The translations under genes were made by a program, and so were the position numbers. Shown piece after piece: positions 29,325 through 40,717 of a stretch of DNA of 55,732 bases; position 1 is the first letter of the stretch, and every line of letters begins with the position of its first letter. Where the stretch lies: NCBI GenBank assembly GCA_026419195.1, contig JANZZV010000012.1, forward strand, positions 1-55,732, given 5' to 3'. The notes beneath the pieces were generated by a model, which was given only the letters and a program-made list of their open reading frames with translations, ran no database searches and had not been told where the DNA came from. This DNA is from Fervidobacterium sp. GTDB lineage: Bacteria > Thermotogota > Thermotogae > Thermotogales > Fervidobacteriaceae.

Positions 29325-30692
29325 TTGAAAAAATGTTTTGTTGTAGGTAAGCCCGTTTATCACAGTAAAAGTCCGCAGATTTTTGGTGAATTATTTGAAA
29401 AATGTGGTATCGAAGGTACTTACTCAAGGTTAAATCTCAACGAGTTTGACGAGATTTTTCACATTGCTTCTCAAGTTGGTATTGATTTTGCGAATATTAC
29501 AGCACCGTTTAAGAATCGAGCGTTTCAGCTATGTACTGAAAAAGGATGCAACATTTTACACGAGGCTCTTTTGAGCGAAGCTGTCAATAGCATATTTTTT
29601 GAAAATGGTCAAATGTCCATTTGCACAAACACTGACGTAAGTGCTTTGTTATCTATTTTTGGTTCTGTTTTTGAAGGTTTTGCAAAAGGTGAACTCAGCA
29701 TTGCCATACTTGGTGCGGGTGGAGCTGCTCGTGCAGCTTTGAGTGCTTTGAAAATCTTATCCGAGCGTAAAAACCTCAATTTAGTGGTCAGCATATTCAA
29801 CCGAACATATCAGAAAGCACAATCTTTGTGCGAGAAGTTCACTACTTCACAATTTCAGCCGCAAGCAGAAAGTCTGGAGATGTTTGTTTATAAATATAAA
29901 TCATTTGATACTGTTGTGAATTGTTTGACAGAGTATCCCAATGCGTTCAAAAACTTAGAATTTGAAGAAAGACAGGTATTTATAGATGCAAATTATAAGT
30001 CACCTGTGAACGTAAAAATAGCTAAGTATTTACCGGGTGAAGTTTGGTTAGTCAAGCAAGCGTTAGATTCGTTCCTCTTTCTCACAAAGAAAGATATAAA
30101 GGAGTGTATACTAAATTCTTTATACTATTCACTTTTAGAAAAGATAACAGACAATCGAAACTCTACCCCAAAAAGGAAAATCATATACCTTGTTGGCATG
30201 CCTGGTAGTGGAAAATCTACAATTGGTAGATTATTAGCTCGTGAGCTTGGATTCACATTCATTGATACGGATGAACTAATACAGGAACGTGCTAAAATGA
30301 GTATTTCTGATATATTTTCAACTTATTCGGAAGATTATTTTAGGACAGTAGAAACCTCTATTTTGAAAGATGTATCAAAGCTTGAAAATTGCGTAATAGC
30401 AACTGGAGGTGGAATTGTTTTGAAAAATGAGAATGTCAATCTAATTAAACAAGGGCACGTTGTCTGGTTGTTAAGTAGTATAGATGAATGTGCAAGAAGA
30501 TTGGATGATAAGAACGATAGACCTTTACTAAGATCTGACTCTAGAGAGGATTTACTGCAAAAGTTTTTCTCATTGTTTTCGACTCGGGTTGATCTTTATT
30601 TTAGGGTAGCAGATTTAATATTCCCAGTGGATAGATCGGAAATCTACCAAGTAGTTGATGAATTAAAGAAGGAGTTGAGTTTTTATGTTTGA
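29325..30692 (+). CDS. aroE: Fused shikimate 5-dehydrogenase / shikimate kinase
   Basis: N-terminal AroE (VVGKPVYHSKSPQIF, NAD-binding GAGGAARA). C-terminal shikimate kinase P-loop (GMPGSGKSTIGRLLARELGFTFIDTDE). TTG start after GGGGGTGGGG. Confidence 0.8.
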   Translation: MKKCFVVGKPVYHSKSPQIFGELFEKCGIEGTYSRLNLNEFDEIFHIASQVGIDFANITAPFKNRAFQLCTEKGCNILHEALLSEAVNSIFFENGQMSICTNTDVSALLSIFGSVFEGFAKGELSIAILGAGGAARAALSALKILSERKNLNLVVSIFNRTYQKAQSLCEKFTTSQFQPQAESLEMFVYKYKSFDTVVNCLTEYPNAFKNLEFEERQVFIDANYKSPVNVKIAKYLPGEVWLVKQALDSFLFLTKKDIKECILNSLYYSLLEKITDNRNSTPKRKIIYLVGMPGSGKSTIGRLLARELGFTFIDTDELIQERAKMSISDIFSTYSEDYFRTVETSILKDVSKLENCVIATGGGIVLKNENVNLIKQGHVVWLLSSIDECARRLDDKNDRPLLRSDSREDLLQKFFSLFSTRVDLYFRVADLIFPVDRSEIYQVVDELKKELSFYV

Positions 30693-32019
30693 GTACAATA
30701 TTCAAAATGACATTGTCAAAATCCACATTAATTCAAACACTGGTCTGACAAAAAAACCAGTTATTCTTGTTGCTCCTCCATCCAAGAGTGTTTCGATCAG
30801 AGCGGTGTTTGGTGGGTTACTGAGTTCAGAAGGGATAATCTTAAGAAAGCTTTCAACTTGCAGTGATGTTTTATCAACTTTGAATGTTGTTAACACACTT
30901 GGCAATAATGTGGATCTACTTTCTAAGGAAGACGAAAGTATAGATATACAAATAACAAAAGTTAGCAGAAAACAGGACGTTAACATAGTAAATTGTGGAG
31001 AATCTGGTTTGTGTGCTCGAATGATCGTCCCCGTCTTAGGTCTAATTGGACAACCTCAAAAAGCCAAGACAGTCACAGGAGAAGGTTCGTTGTTAAATAG
31101 ACCTTTTGATATGCTTGGGCAACTGAGACAGTTTGGATTAGCTGTGAATACAACTAACGGGAAATTACCTGTCATTGTACAAGGAGAACTAAAGTCAAAC
31201 AAGGGATACATTGACACAAGTATAACAAGCCAGGTACTTTCTGGTTTGCTTATGACTTTACCTTTAGTATCGGGTAATTCGGAGATAAGTGTCGAGAATC
31301 CATTAAGCAAGCCATATATTTTGTTAACACTTGATGTTATGAGCAGATTCGGTGTGCATGTCTTGCATGATGAAGCCTTGAAACATTTTGAAATTCCGGG
31401 AGAACAATCTTATGTGTTATCCGAATTTCAAATAGAAGGCGATTGGTCGGCAGGGGCGTTTTTGCTTGTATTGGCCATCTTGCTAAAAAAGGAAGGAATT
31501 AACGTATCTGTTTCAAATTTATCTATAAACTCTGTGCAGGCAGATAAAGCCATTTTAGATGTTCTTAAGGATGTAGGGGTGCTAGTGAATTACTCACACC
31601 TTGGTTTTACAGTTGATAGTATTGATGAGCTTAAGCCATTTGAATTTAATGCAGAAGATTGCCCGGACCTAGTACCACCATTGGTATGTTTAGCAACGTT
31701 TTGCGAAGGAGAAAGCAAAATCTACGGTGTAGGACGTTTACAATACAAAGAAAGTAACAGACTAGAGGCACTTGGAAAGCTTTTGAATGATTTTGGTATC
31801 AAATGCTGTATAGAAAATAATGTATTTATTGTAGTTGGTTCAACTACACGCTTTACAACAGATAGTGTGTTAGTGGATTCTTACAAAGACCACAGAATTG
31901 CGATGGCAGGTAGCATTCTAGCGTTTGGAAAGAAGATACGTACAATCATAAAAGATGGATCATGTGTATCAAAATCCTTTCCGGGTTTTTACAAGCAGTT
32001 GATGAACATCGTGAGGTGA
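30685..32019 (+). CDS. aroA: 3-phosphoshikimate 1-carboxyvinyltransferase (EPSP synthase)
   Basis: 444 aa; KESNRLEA and DHRIAMA motifs. Confidence 0.85.
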   Translation: MFEYNIQNDIVKIHINSNTGLTKKPVILVAPPSKSVSIRAVFGGLLSSEGIILRKLSTCSDVLSTLNVVNTLGNNVDLLSKEDESIDIQITKVSRKQDVNIVNCGESGLCARMIVPVLGLIGQPQKAKTVTGEGSLLNRPFDMLGQLRQFGLAVNTTNGKLPVIVQGELKSNKGYIDTSITSQVLSGLLMTLPLVSGNSEISVENPLSKPYILLTLDVMSRFGVHVLHDEALKHFEIPGEQSYVLSEFQIEGDWSAGAFLLVLAILLKKEGINVSVSNLSINSVQADKAILDVLKDVGVLVNYSHLGFTVDSIDELKPFEFNAEDCPDLVPPLVCLATFCEGESKIYGVGRLQYKESNRLEALGKLLNDFGIKCCIENNVFIVVGSTTRFTTDSVLVDSYKDHRIAMAGSILAFGKKIRTIIKDGSCVSKSFPGFYKQLMNIVR

Positions 32020-32023
32020 TTAC

Positions 32024-33049
32024 GTGACCACGATCGGTAGAATATTTCGAGTTAGTATGTTTGGTGAATCACACGGCGCATCTGTAGGTGTGTTAGTTGA
32101 TGGTGTACCAGCAGGGATGCCATTGTCAGTTCATGATTTCAGAAAAGACCTGCTTAGAAGAAAAGGAGGAAAGTTTGGTACAACAAAGCGAATTGAGGAT
32201 GATATACCAATAATAGAATCCGGGGTATTTGAGGGGCATACAACAGGTACACCTATACTGATAAGATTCCCAAACAAAGACACAATATCAAAGGACTATG
32301 AAGAAATACGTTACATACCAAGACCAGGTCATGCGGATTTCACAGCGTACGTTAAATACAAGGGGTTTAACGACTATAGAGGTGGTGGTCATTTCTCAGG
32401 TAGACTTACCACAGGTATCGTCGCCGCAGGTGTAATAGCAAAGAAATTGATCTTTCCAATGAAAGTTCATGCTTACGTAGAGCAAATAGGTGGTAGACGG
32501 AATGATTTTTATAATTTACTCAAAAAAGCTTACGAGTTAGGTGATTCCTTAGGTGGAATCGTAGTTTGCAAAGTCTGTAATGTACCTATAGGATTGGGTG
32601 AACCATTCTTTGATTCTATTGAAAGCACCATTTCACATGCTGTATTTTCCATTCCTGGTGTCAAAGGCATTGAATTTGGCGTAGGTTTTCAATCTGCATG
32701 TATGAAAGGATCTGAATACAACGATCAATTCGTTGATACTTCGGGTAGAACACTCACAAACAACTCCGGAGGTATAAACGGAGGAATAACGAATGGAAAT
32801 GAACTCGTTTTTAGGATTGCGGTAAGACCTACTGCTAGCATATCAATACCGCAACAAAGTTTCGATATTAGGACAAAAGAAAAGAAAGAAATAAAGATTA
32901 GCGGAAGACACGATGTTTGTTTTGCACTTAGAGTTCCGCCGATAGTAGAGGCAGTCACGGCAATTACATTAGCGGATCTGAAACTCATTAGTCAGTCTTA
33001 CAATTCGTCATTTGTTGAAACAGTCAGAAAATGGGAGGTAGGTTTATAA
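32024..33049 (+). CDS. aroC: Chorismate synthase
   Basis: GTG start after GTGAGGTGA; motifs FGESHG and GRHD. Confidence 0.85.
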   Translation: MTTIGRIFRVSMFGESHGASVGVLVDGVPAGMPLSVHDFRKDLLRRKGGKFGTTKRIEDDIPIIESGVFEGHTTGTPILIRFPNKDTISKDYEEIRYIPRPGHADFTAYVKYKGFNDYRGGGHFSGRLTTGIVAAGVIAKKLIFPMKVHAYVEQIGGRRNDFYNLLKKAYELGDSLGGIVVCKVCNVPIGLGEPFFDSIESTISHAVFSIPGVKGIEFGVGFQSACMKGSEYNDQFVDTSGRTLTNNSGGINGGITNGNELVFRIAVRPTASISIPQQSFDIRTKEKKEIKISGRHDVCFALRVPPIVEAVTAITLADLKLISQSYNSSFVETVRKWEVGL

Positions 33050-34150
33050 ATGGAAAAAAGGATACAAATCGAAAAACTCAGAGAAGTCATAGACTCTATT
33101 GATAGTAAACTAATCCATCTTTTGAATCAGCGATTAGAATTAGCAATCAAAATCGGTAGATTAAAAGACAATATCTACGACGAAAAACGAGAACAAGAAG
33201 TTTTGAATCACGTAAAAAATTTATGTAGCAATTTGTTAGTTGGCGAGGAATTTTGTGTCCAATTGTATGAAAAAATTATGGAAAAAAGTAAGCAATTACA
33301 AGAAAGTAATGTGAAATTAATAGGTTTTCAAGGCGAACATGGTGCTTACAGCGAAATCTCTGGCGTGAAATTTGGTGAGAAGATATTCTCAGATCGCGCA
33401 AAATTCGCAACGATCCCTCTAAAAAGTTTTGAAGAGGTTATACAAAATGTAGAACATGACATTATAGATTATGGCGTACTACCTATTCAAAATTCTCTTG
33501 AAGGTCCAATAAATACCGCCACATATGCTTTACTGGAAAGTAACTTAAACGTTGTAGCTGAGGTTATTTTGCCGATAAACCATTGCCTGTTGATTTTGCC
33601 AGACGTTGACCCAAAAGAAATAAAATTTGTATACTCACATCCGCAGGCACTTGCTCAATGCCGTAATTTTTTAAAACGTTTATCACTTCAGCCTTTGGAA
33701 TTTTTTGATACGGCTGGGGCTGCAAAAAAGCTTGCAGATGAAAGAAATTCAAATGCAGCCGTCATTGCAAGTAAACTTGCAGCAAAGATATACGGTCTTG
33801 AAGTTTTGAAAGATAACATCCAAGATTATCCTTACAACAAAACTTCTTTCTGGATACTCTCTAAGGTCATGAATAACCATGGTTCAAAGTGTGCAATCAC
33901 ATTCTTACTTGAGGATAAACCAGGTGCGTTACTAAGCGTGTTGGAACTCTTCAAGCTTAGAAATATCAATTTAACCAGGATAGTATCTTTACCTTCAAGA
34001 AACGAAGTAAACGAGTATAGATTCTTTGTAGACTTTGAAACTCAAAATGTTGACGATCTTGAAAAATTCTTAAAGACCTTAGCAGAAAAAACGAAACAAT
34101 TAAGAGTCTTTGGGTTGTACGATTCTTTTGAAATAAACGATAAATTATAG
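33050..34150 (+). CDS. pheA: Bifunctional chorismate mutase / prephenate dehydratase (P-protein) with C-terminal ACT domain
   Basis: N-terminal AroQ chorismate-mutase helix (SIDSKLIHLLNQRLELAIKIGRLK), a PDT domain and a C-terminal ACT domain. GGGAGGTAGG SD. Confidence 0.8.
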   Translation: MEKRIQIEKLREVIDSIDSKLIHLLNQRLELAIKIGRLKDNIYDEKREQEVLNHVKNLCSNLLVGEEFCVQLYEKIMEKSKQLQESNVKLIGFQGEHGAYSEISGVKFGEKIFSDRAKFATIPLKSFEEVIQNVEHDIIDYGVLPIQNSLEGPINTATYALLESNLNVVAEVILPINHCLLILPDVDPKEIKFVYSHPQALAQCRNFLKRLSLQPLEFFDTAGAAKKLADERNSNAAVIASKLAAKIYGLEVLKDNIQDYPYNKTSFWILSKVMNNHGSKCAITFLLEDKPGALLSVLELFKLRNINLTRIVSLPSRNEVNEYRFFVDFETQNVDDLEKFLKTLAEKTKQLRVFGLYDSFEINDKL

Positions 34151-34957
34151 GTGGTGAGGAAGTTGGATGAAAAAATTTTATTTGTGCTTGGTCTTGGGAA
34201 GATGGGAAGTTGGTTTAAAGAAAGTCTTGAAAAATTCGTATTACAAAACCCTACTTACAAGGGTTGGAAGGTCTTAGGTTACGATAAAAACATGAATATT
34301 CCATTGGAAAATGTGCTAACTGCCGCACCTTCAATAGTTTTGAATTGTGTATCACTTGACAATGTTGTAGACGCCTTTAAAAGTGTTGAAAGTTTTATTG
34401 ATCAGCAGACTGTTCTATGCGATATCGCTTCCGTCAAAACTAATTTGGCGCAGTTTTACACGAACTCTCAACACAAGTTTTGTTCATTCCATCCCATGTT
34501 TGGTCCAACATTTGCGAAAATGGACAGAATAAAAGGTGAGAATGTAATATTCATAAAAGGTTCTGATGAAGAAACCACGACATTTTTCGAAGAATTTTTC
34601 TTTCCGTATTCTATGAAATTTTTTTACATGACGTTTGAAGAACATGACGAGATGATGGCATATTCACTTAGTGTCCCATTTATCGCTTCATTTGTATTTG
34701 GTAGTCGTGTTGATAACACGGTTGTCCCAGGGACTACATTTAAAAAGCATATAGATATTCTACTTGGATTGTTAAGTGAGGATGACAAACTAATATCTGA
34801 GATACTTTTCAACAAACATTCAGTGAAAGAAATTGAAAAAATATCCTCAAATCTTGAATATCTAAAACATATAGTTATGGACAAAGATCAGGAAGAACTG
34901 AGTAAATTCTTGAAAAAACTTAGAGTTCGTTTTAGCGATGTCTTGTATCGTTTCTGA
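34151..34957 (+). CDS. tyrA: Prephenate dehydrogenase
   Basis: NAD-binding motif VLGLGKMGSWF. The exact start is ambiguous (GTG 34151, GTG 34154 or TTG 34163 within AGGTGGTGAGGAAG). Confidence 0.7.
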   Translation: MVRKLDEKILFVLGLGKMGSWFKESLEKFVLQNPTYKGWKVLGYDKNMNIPLENVLTAAPSIVLNCVSLDNVVDAFKSVESFIDQQTVLCDIASVKTNLAQFYTNSQHKFCSFHPMFGPTFAKMDRIKGENVIFIKGSDEETTTFFEEFFFPYSMKFFYMTFEEHDEMMAYSLSVPFIASFVFGSRVDNTVVPGTTFKKHIDILLGLLSEDDKLISEILFNKHSVKEIEKISSNLEYLKHIVMDKDQEELSKFLKKLRVRFSDVLYRF

Positions 34958-34979
34958 TTTTCCGAAGGGGGAATCTTTG

Positions 34980-36440
34980 ATGAATGAACTTGGAAATCTC
35001 TTTTCTGATTTAAAATTGAACTTACATGCAGTAAAAAGATTAGCTGATTTTGAGACTCCTTTGTCTTTGTACGTAAAACTTAGCTATGCATATTCTGATA
35101 GTCCTATGTTTTTGTTGGAAAGCGTAGAACAACACGAAATGCTTGGACGGTTCTCTTTTATTGGAGTTAACCCATTTCTCACGATTAAGGTCTCAGATAA
35201 CAACATCGAAATTGAGGGAATTCATCATGTTCATCTGAGGTTGCAGAACTTGGCTGAAACTTTTGAAACAGTAAAACATATAGTTGAGAAAATTAGAAAT
35301 TCTATAGAGGTTGAGAACCATGAATCCACGAAAATAGACACTTCAATTATCCCTATGGCTTTAGTTATCTTAAATTATGAAAGCGTTAAGTATTTTGAAG
35401 AAATTACATTCGATAAGGCAAAAGTATTCGACACTCCGGATATCTTGATAATCTTTCCAAGTATTGTAATTGTCTTTGATAATTACAAAAGACTAATGTG
35501 GAACGTTATGACTTACCAGCCTTCCCAAGCACAAAGCGAAGTTGAAAGAGAACTGCTTTCGATAGAAAAATATCCGGTAGTTCTTAAACACCCTTTTGAC
35601 AAACAAGACATAACTAGCAAAATCCAGTCTCATACGTCGAAAAAGGCGTTCTGTGAGAAGATCCAAACAGCAAAGGATTACATATACCAAGGAGACATTT
35701 TTCAGGTCGTCTTATCTCAAAGATTTTCTATCAATACGACACAGAATGATTTACATTTATACAGAAAGTTAAGGTTAACCAATCCTTCACCGTACATGTT
35801 TTTAGTGCAAACAAAAGATTTCTCACTTTTCGGAAGTTCTCCCGAAACGCTTGTGAAATTTATTAATAAAAAAGTAATTATACATCCAATAGCAGGTACC
35901 AGAAAACGCGGTATGAATGCTCAAGAGGATGAAGAAATCGAAAAAGAATTACTAACGAACGAAAAAGAATTAGCAGAACACTCCATGCTTGTTGATTTGG
36001 CAAGGAACGATATTGGACGTGTTGCGATACCTGGTACTGTGAAAGTTCCGAGACTTATGTATATTGAAAAATACTCACATGTAATGCATATAGTTTCAGA
36101 AGTAGTTGGGGTGGCAGAGGAGAGATTTAACGCATTCGATGTAATACGTAGTGTATTTCCTGCTGGGACGGTCACAGGTGCACCAAAGCTCAGAGCGATG
36201 GAGATAATAGAACAATTAGAAGACACTTCTCGTGAATTTTACGCGGGTAGCGTTGGCTACATCTCTTGGTCTGGAGATGCTGATTTTGCAATAACTATCC
36301 GAAGTGCTGTGTTAAAAGACGAAGTATTGTATACGCAATCAGGTGCTGGTATTGTATACGATTCGATTCCTGAAAACGAATACGAAGAGACTATGAACAA
36401 AGCTAAAGCGATATTTTCTATCTTAGCTATGAAAACTTAG
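34980..36440 (+). CDS. trpE: Anthranilate synthase component I
   Basis: Chorismate-binding domain (LLESVEQHEMLGRFSF, GAGIVYDS). ATG 34980 follows AAGGGGGAA at 6 nt; the tracker start 34938 overlaps tyrA and lacks an SD. Confidence 0.85.
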   Translation: MNELGNLFSDLKLNLHAVKRLADFETPLSLYVKLSYAYSDSPMFLLESVEQHEMLGRFSFIGVNPFLTIKVSDNNIEIEGIHHVHLRLQNLAETFETVKHIVEKIRNSIEVENHESTKIDTSIIPMALVILNYESVKYFEEITFDKAKVFDTPDILIIFPSIVIVFDNYKRLMWNVMTYQPSQAQSEVERELLSIEKYPVVLKHPFDKQDITSKIQSHTSKKAFCEKIQTAKDYIYQGDIFQVVLSQRFSINTTQNDLHLYRKLRLTNPSPYMFLVQTKDFSLFGSSPETLVKFINKKVIIHPIAGTRKRGMNAQEDEEIEKELLTNEKELAEHSMLVDLARNDIGRVAIPGTVKVPRLMYIEKYSHVMHIVSEVVGVAEERFNAFDVIRSVFPAGTVTGAPKLRAMEIIEQLEDTSREFYAGSVGYISWSGDADFAITIRSAVLKDEVLYTQSGAGIVYDSIPENEYEETMNKAKAIFSILAMKT

Positions 36441-36469
36441 CAACTTCAACTAACGTGAGGTGATCATAT

Positions 36470-37087
36470 ATGTTTCTTGTCATAGACAACTACGACTCAT
36501 TTACATATAACCTTGTGCAGTATGTTATGGAAATAGTTGGTGCAGAGAATGTTTTAGTGTTCAGAAACAGAGAGATTGATACTGAAAAGATATACAAAAT
36601 AGAAAAAGAAAAACCGATAGAAGGGATAATTATATCACCCGGTCCTGGGCATCCAAAAGATATACCAAACGTTTTGAAAATTATAAAAAAATTTGGAGAA
36701 AACATACCTATCCTTGGTGTTTGTTTAGGACATCAAGCCATTGGATATGCCTTTGGATGTTCTGTGGTAAATGCGAGAGAGGTTGTACATGGAAAACTTA
36801 GACAGTGTCTACACGATGGGAAAGGCATATTCCAGGGTATACCACAACCGATAAGAGTTATGCGCTACCATTCACTTGTTGTAAGAAAAGAAGACCTAGC
36901 TAACTCACCGCTTATAGTAACGGCTTCAACAATTGACGGTGAGGTTATGGGCATAAGACACAAAAAATACCCAGTAGAAGGCGTTCAATTTCATCCAGAA
37001 TCTATTTTCACAGAACACGGTTTTGATATAGTTAAAAATTTCATACATCAAGCAACACTGTTTATAAAACAACTGAATAAATTTTAA
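36470..37087 (+). CDS. trpG: Anthranilate synthase component II (glutamine amidotransferase)
   Basis: Class-I GATase triad context (GVCLGHQ, HPE). Confidence 0.8.
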   Translation: MFLVIDNYDSFTYNLVQYVMEIVGAENVLVFRNREIDTEKIYKIEKEKPIEGIIISPGPGHPKDIPNVLKIIKKFGENIPILGVCLGHQAIGYAFGCSVVNAREVVHGKLRQCLHDGKGIFQGIPQPIRVMRYHSLVVRKEDLANSPLIVTASTIDGEVMGIRHKKYPVEGVQFHPESIFTEHGFDIVKNFIHQATLFIKQLNKF

Positions 37088-37098
37088 GGGGGGAAATT

Positions 37099-38151
37099 AT
37101 GAGCGAATACTACTTAATTGACGAATCGATAAAAAAGATATCCTCCGGTTTGCACTTAACCTTGTCAGAAAGTACGGAATTGTTCAAAAACATGCTAAAC
37201 TTAAATGACAATGAGTCAGACTTAGAACTAAAATATAAAATCACCGGCTTCTTAACTGCTTTAACCATGAAAGGAATACATGAAGAAGAACTTCTTGGAT
37301 TGCTTAACGTAATGTTAGAAAAAAGTGTTCCTGTTTCTCGTCCAACTTACCCTATCATTGACATTGTAGGGACAGGAGGGGACGGTAAACAGACTATTAA
37401 CATATCAACAACTGTCTCATTTATACTTGCTGCCGCTGGTGTCAAAGTTGCTAAGCACGGTAACAAAGCTGCTTCAAGCAAATGCGGAAGTGCTGATGTA
37501 CTTCAATCACTTGGTATAAACATAAACCTCTCACCAGAACGCTCTGTCAAAATGCTTGAGGAAACAAACTTCTGCTTCCTTTTTGCTCCGAATTACCATC
37601 CTTATTTGAAAAATATAATGTCAATTCGTAAGGCATTACCTGTAAAAACCATATTTAATTTTGTTGGACCAATCGCAAACCCATTTTCACCTGAATACAT
37701 CTTCTTAGGTTGCTCTGAGAAAAAACTTTTAAAATTGTACGTAAAAGTACTTCAAAACCGAAACGTCAGAAGGGCAATAATCTTTTCAGGTGATGATGGT
37801 ATGGATGAAATAACACTGTCCACAACGACTACCGCTTACTTAATCGCCAAGGGAAAAATAAAGAAATTAAAAATAAATCCCGTAGACCATGGCTTTAAAT
37901 TGGCATCAGAAGAAAGCGTAAAAGGAGCAGATCCAAATTACAATGCACAGATTATAGAAAAACTTTTTAAAGGGCAAGTAGACGGACCTATAAAAGAAAT
38001 TGTCTTACTAAACTCAGCGTATGCATTGTATACATACGAAAAAGTAAAAACTCCGGATGAAGGTTTGCAAGTAGCAAAGCACATCATTGAATCTGGACAA
38101 GCTTACGATAAACTACAGCAGATAAAAGAATTTTCACAAAAATCTGAATAG
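37099..38151 (+). CDS. trpD: Anthranilate phosphoribosyltransferase
   Basis: Motifs DIVGTGGDG and KHGNKA. Confidence 0.85.
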   Translation: MSEYYLIDESIKKISSGLHLTLSESTELFKNMLNLNDNESDLELKYKITGFLTALTMKGIHEEELLGLLNVMLEKSVPVSRPTYPIIDIVGTGGDGKQTINISTTVSFILAAAGVKVAKHGNKAASSKCGSADVLQSLGININLSPERSVKMLEETNFCFLFAPNYHPYLKNIMSIRKALPVKTIFNFVGPIANPFSPEYIFLGCSEKKLLKLYVKVLQNRNVRRAIIFSGDDGMDEITLSTTTTAYLIAKGKIKKLKINPVDHGFKLASEESVKGADPNYNAQIIEKLFKGQVDGPIKEIVLLNSAYALYTYEKVKTPDEGLQVAKHIIESGQAYDKLQQIKEFSQKSE

Positions 38152-38153
38152 AG

Positions 38154-38903
38154 GTGAAAAATATGTTATCCTTCAAACAAATTAGACAAGAAAAAATAAA
38201 CAAGTACAAAAAAGATAATCCTCACAAATTTTACAACATTTTCAAAGATAGGGGCAAAGGAAGAATAATTGCAGAGTTCAAAAGACAATCTCCTTCAAAA
38301 GGAAAACTTTTGCAACAAGAAAACCTGCAAGACATCCTGAACGATTACGAACAAGCAGGGGTGGCTGCTATCTCTATCCTGACAGATGAACAATATTTTC
38401 AGGGTTCTATAACTGATTTAGAAACTGCCAGAAAGATAACAAAACTTCCGATACTTAGAAAAGACTTCATATGCTTAACAAAACAAATTTGCGAAAGTGC
38501 TATCTACGGAGCAGATTGTGTACTTTTAATAAGCGAGTTGCTAAGTATTAAAGAACTTCAAAAGCTTTCCACAATTGCAACCGATCTTGAATTAGACTTG
38601 TTGATTGAGATTCACTACCTTGAATCGTACGAAAAAGTAAAAAAACTTAAAGTTCCGTACATTCTCGGTGTAAACTCCAGGAACTTAAAAACATTGCAAG
38701 TATCTCATAAGCACGCATTAGAAGTTGTAAAAAACCTACCAAGTGATATTCCACTTGTAATAGAAAGTGGAATCGAAGATGAAAAGGATATTGAAATCTA
38801 CAAACCATACAAACCAAGTGGATTTCTAATAGGTACAAGTCTGTTAAAAGCTATAAACAGGGTAGAAAAATTATCGAGAATAATAAAAACTGCTAAAAAC
38901 TAA
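38154..38903 (+). CDS. trpC: Indole-3-glycerol phosphate synthase
   Basis: 249-aa TIM barrel; operon position; motif RKDFI. Confidence 0.8.
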   Translation: MKNMLSFKQIRQEKINKYKKDNPHKFYNIFKDRGKGRIIAEFKRQSPSKGKLLQQENLQDILNDYEQAGVAAISILTDEQYFQGSITDLETARKITKLPILRKDFICLTKQICESAIYGADCVLLISELLSIKELQKLSTIATDLELDLLIEIHYLESYEKVKKLKVPYILGVNSRNLKTLQVSHKHALEVVKNLPSDIPLVIESGIEDEKDIEIYKPYKPSGFLIGTSLLKAINRVEKLSRIIKTAKN

Positions 38904-38914
38904 CGCGAGGTAAG

Positions 38915-39535
38915 GTGATAATTTTGCTTAGAGTGAAAATATGCGGTATCACAAATTTAGAAGATGCTATTTCTTGTGCTGACTTGGGAGTCGATGCTAT
39001 CGGATTTGTCTTTTACAAAGACAGTCCGAGATACATCAGTTACGAAAAAGCGTGGCAAATAATTCAAAAATTACCACCATTCATCTGTACAGTAGGTGTA
39101 TTTGTCAACGAATCACCATCTTTTCTAGTTGAAATCAAAAAAGAACTTAGCCTTTCATACGTACAGCCTTATTTTGATGATGAGAAACTTTACGGTGTTC
39201 TTGCAAAATTTATAGACCCTAGGGCGATTATAAGACCTTATAGAATAACGGACAATTTCCAAATGAATAAAATAAATTCATCTGAATATTTTCCACTTTT
39301 GGAAGGTTTCAGTGAAAAGTACGGTGGTGTTGGTGCAAAATTTAACTGGGAAAAATTAACAGAAATTTCTGTACCATTCATATTAGCTGGTGGAATAAAC
39401 CTAGAGAATGTTGAAAATGTTTTAAAATACAAACCATATGCGATAGATATATCAAGTGGTGTAGAAGCTTACCCAGGTAAAAAAGACGAACAAAAAATAA
39501 AAGCTATCCTTAGGAGGATTGGTCGAAATGTTTGA
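38915..39535 (+). CDS. trpF: Phosphoribosylanthranilate isomerase
   Basis: Motif VKICGIT. Confidence 0.8.
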   Translation: MIILLRVKICGITNLEDAISCADLGVDAIGFVFYKDSPRYISYEKAWQIIQKLPPFICTVGVFVNESPSFLVEIKKELSLSYVQPYFDDEKLYGVLAKFIDPRAIIRPYRITDNFQMNKINSSEYFPLLEGFSEKYGGVGAKFNWEKLTEISVPFILAGGINLENVENVLKYKPYAIDISSGVEAYPGKKDEQKIKAILRRIGRNV

Positions 39536-40712
39536 AACAATTGAAAAGAGGTATTATGGAAATTACGGTGGAATTTTCGCGGCTGAAACTTTAATTCCTG
39601 CGTTATCTGAGCTTGAATACGGACTGCTACACATAGTACCAAAAAAAGAATTCCAAGAGGAATACAATTACTACTTAAAACACTACGTTGGACGTCCAAC
39701 CCCTTTGTATTATGCAAAAAGACTATCAGAATTCATAGGCGCAAATATCTTTCTAAAAAGAGAAGATCTAAACCACACAGGAGCACATAAGATTTTAAAT
39801 GCTTTGGGACAAACTTTGCTAGCAAAGCGACTGGGAAAAACAAGAATAATTGCTGAAACAGGTGCTGGACAACACGGAGTTGCTACTGCAACATGCTGTG
39901 CCTTACTCGGTTTGAAATGTGTCATATACATGGGGTACGATGATGTTCAACGTCAAAGAGTTAATGTTGAAAGAATGAAGATGTTGAACGCTGAGGTAAT
40001 ACCAGTGAAAACAGGCACGCAAACACTCAAAGATGCCATAAACGAAGCCTTGAGAGATTGGATAACAAATGTTCAAAACACGCATTACGTTATAGGTACA
40101 GTGTATGGTCCGTATCCATTTCCTCAATTAGTTCGTACGTTTGTATCAACTATTGGAAAAGAGGTAAAAGAACAATTTGTAAACCAATACGGCAAGCTTC
40201 CAGACACTGTAGTTGCGTGTGTTGGAGGTGGTAGCAACGCAATAGGTATATTTTCAGCATTCTTAAATGACAATGTCGAACTAATAGGTGTTGAAGCAGG
40301 AGGATTAGGGATCGAAACAGGAAAACATGCGGCGCGATTTCAAACAGGAAGACCAGGAGTTTTTCAAGGTACAAAAAGTTATTTATTACAAGATGAAATA
40401 GGAAACGTACTTGATACATATTCTGTGGCACCAGGACTTGATTACCCTGCAGTTGGACCTGAACATGCTAACCTGTATGAAACAAAGCGTGTTACATACA
40501 CATACATAACAGACGAAGTAGCTATAAATGCTTACAGAACTCTCACACGTTTAGAAGGAATAATACCGGCACTTGAAAGCAGCCACGCAATTGGTTACAT
40601 ATTACAAAACAGGGACAAACATCTTGGAAAAGACGTACTAATAAACCTATCTGGACGTGGTGACAAAGATTTAGAAACAGTAAAAAGATTTACAGATCAA
40701 GGGGGTGAATAG
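39528..40712 (+). CDS. trpB: Tryptophan synthase beta chain
   Basis: PLP-dependent fold, [16 protein letters not shown] 39528 is 8 nt after TAGGAGGAT; the tracker uses TTG 39519. Confidence 0.9.
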   Translation: MFETIEKRYYGNYGGIFAAETLIPALSELEYGLLHIVPKKEFQEEYNYYLKHYVGRPTPLYYAKRLSEFIGANIFLKREDLNHTGAHKILNALGQTLLAKRLGKTRIIAETGAGQHGVATATCCALLGLKCVIYMGYDDVQRQRVNVERMKMLNAEVIPVKTGTQTLKDAINEALRDWITNVQNTHYVIGTVYGPYPFPQLVRTFVSTIGKEVKEQFVNQYGKLPDTVVACVGGGSNAIGIFSAFLNDNVELIGVEAGGLGIETGKHAARFQTGRPGVFQGTKSYLLQDEIGNVLDTYSVAPGLDYPAVGPEHANLYETKRVTYTYITDEVAINAYRTLTRLEGIIPALESSHAIGYILQNRDKHLGKDVLINLSGRGDKDLETVKRFTDQGGE

Positions 40713-40717
40713 GACAT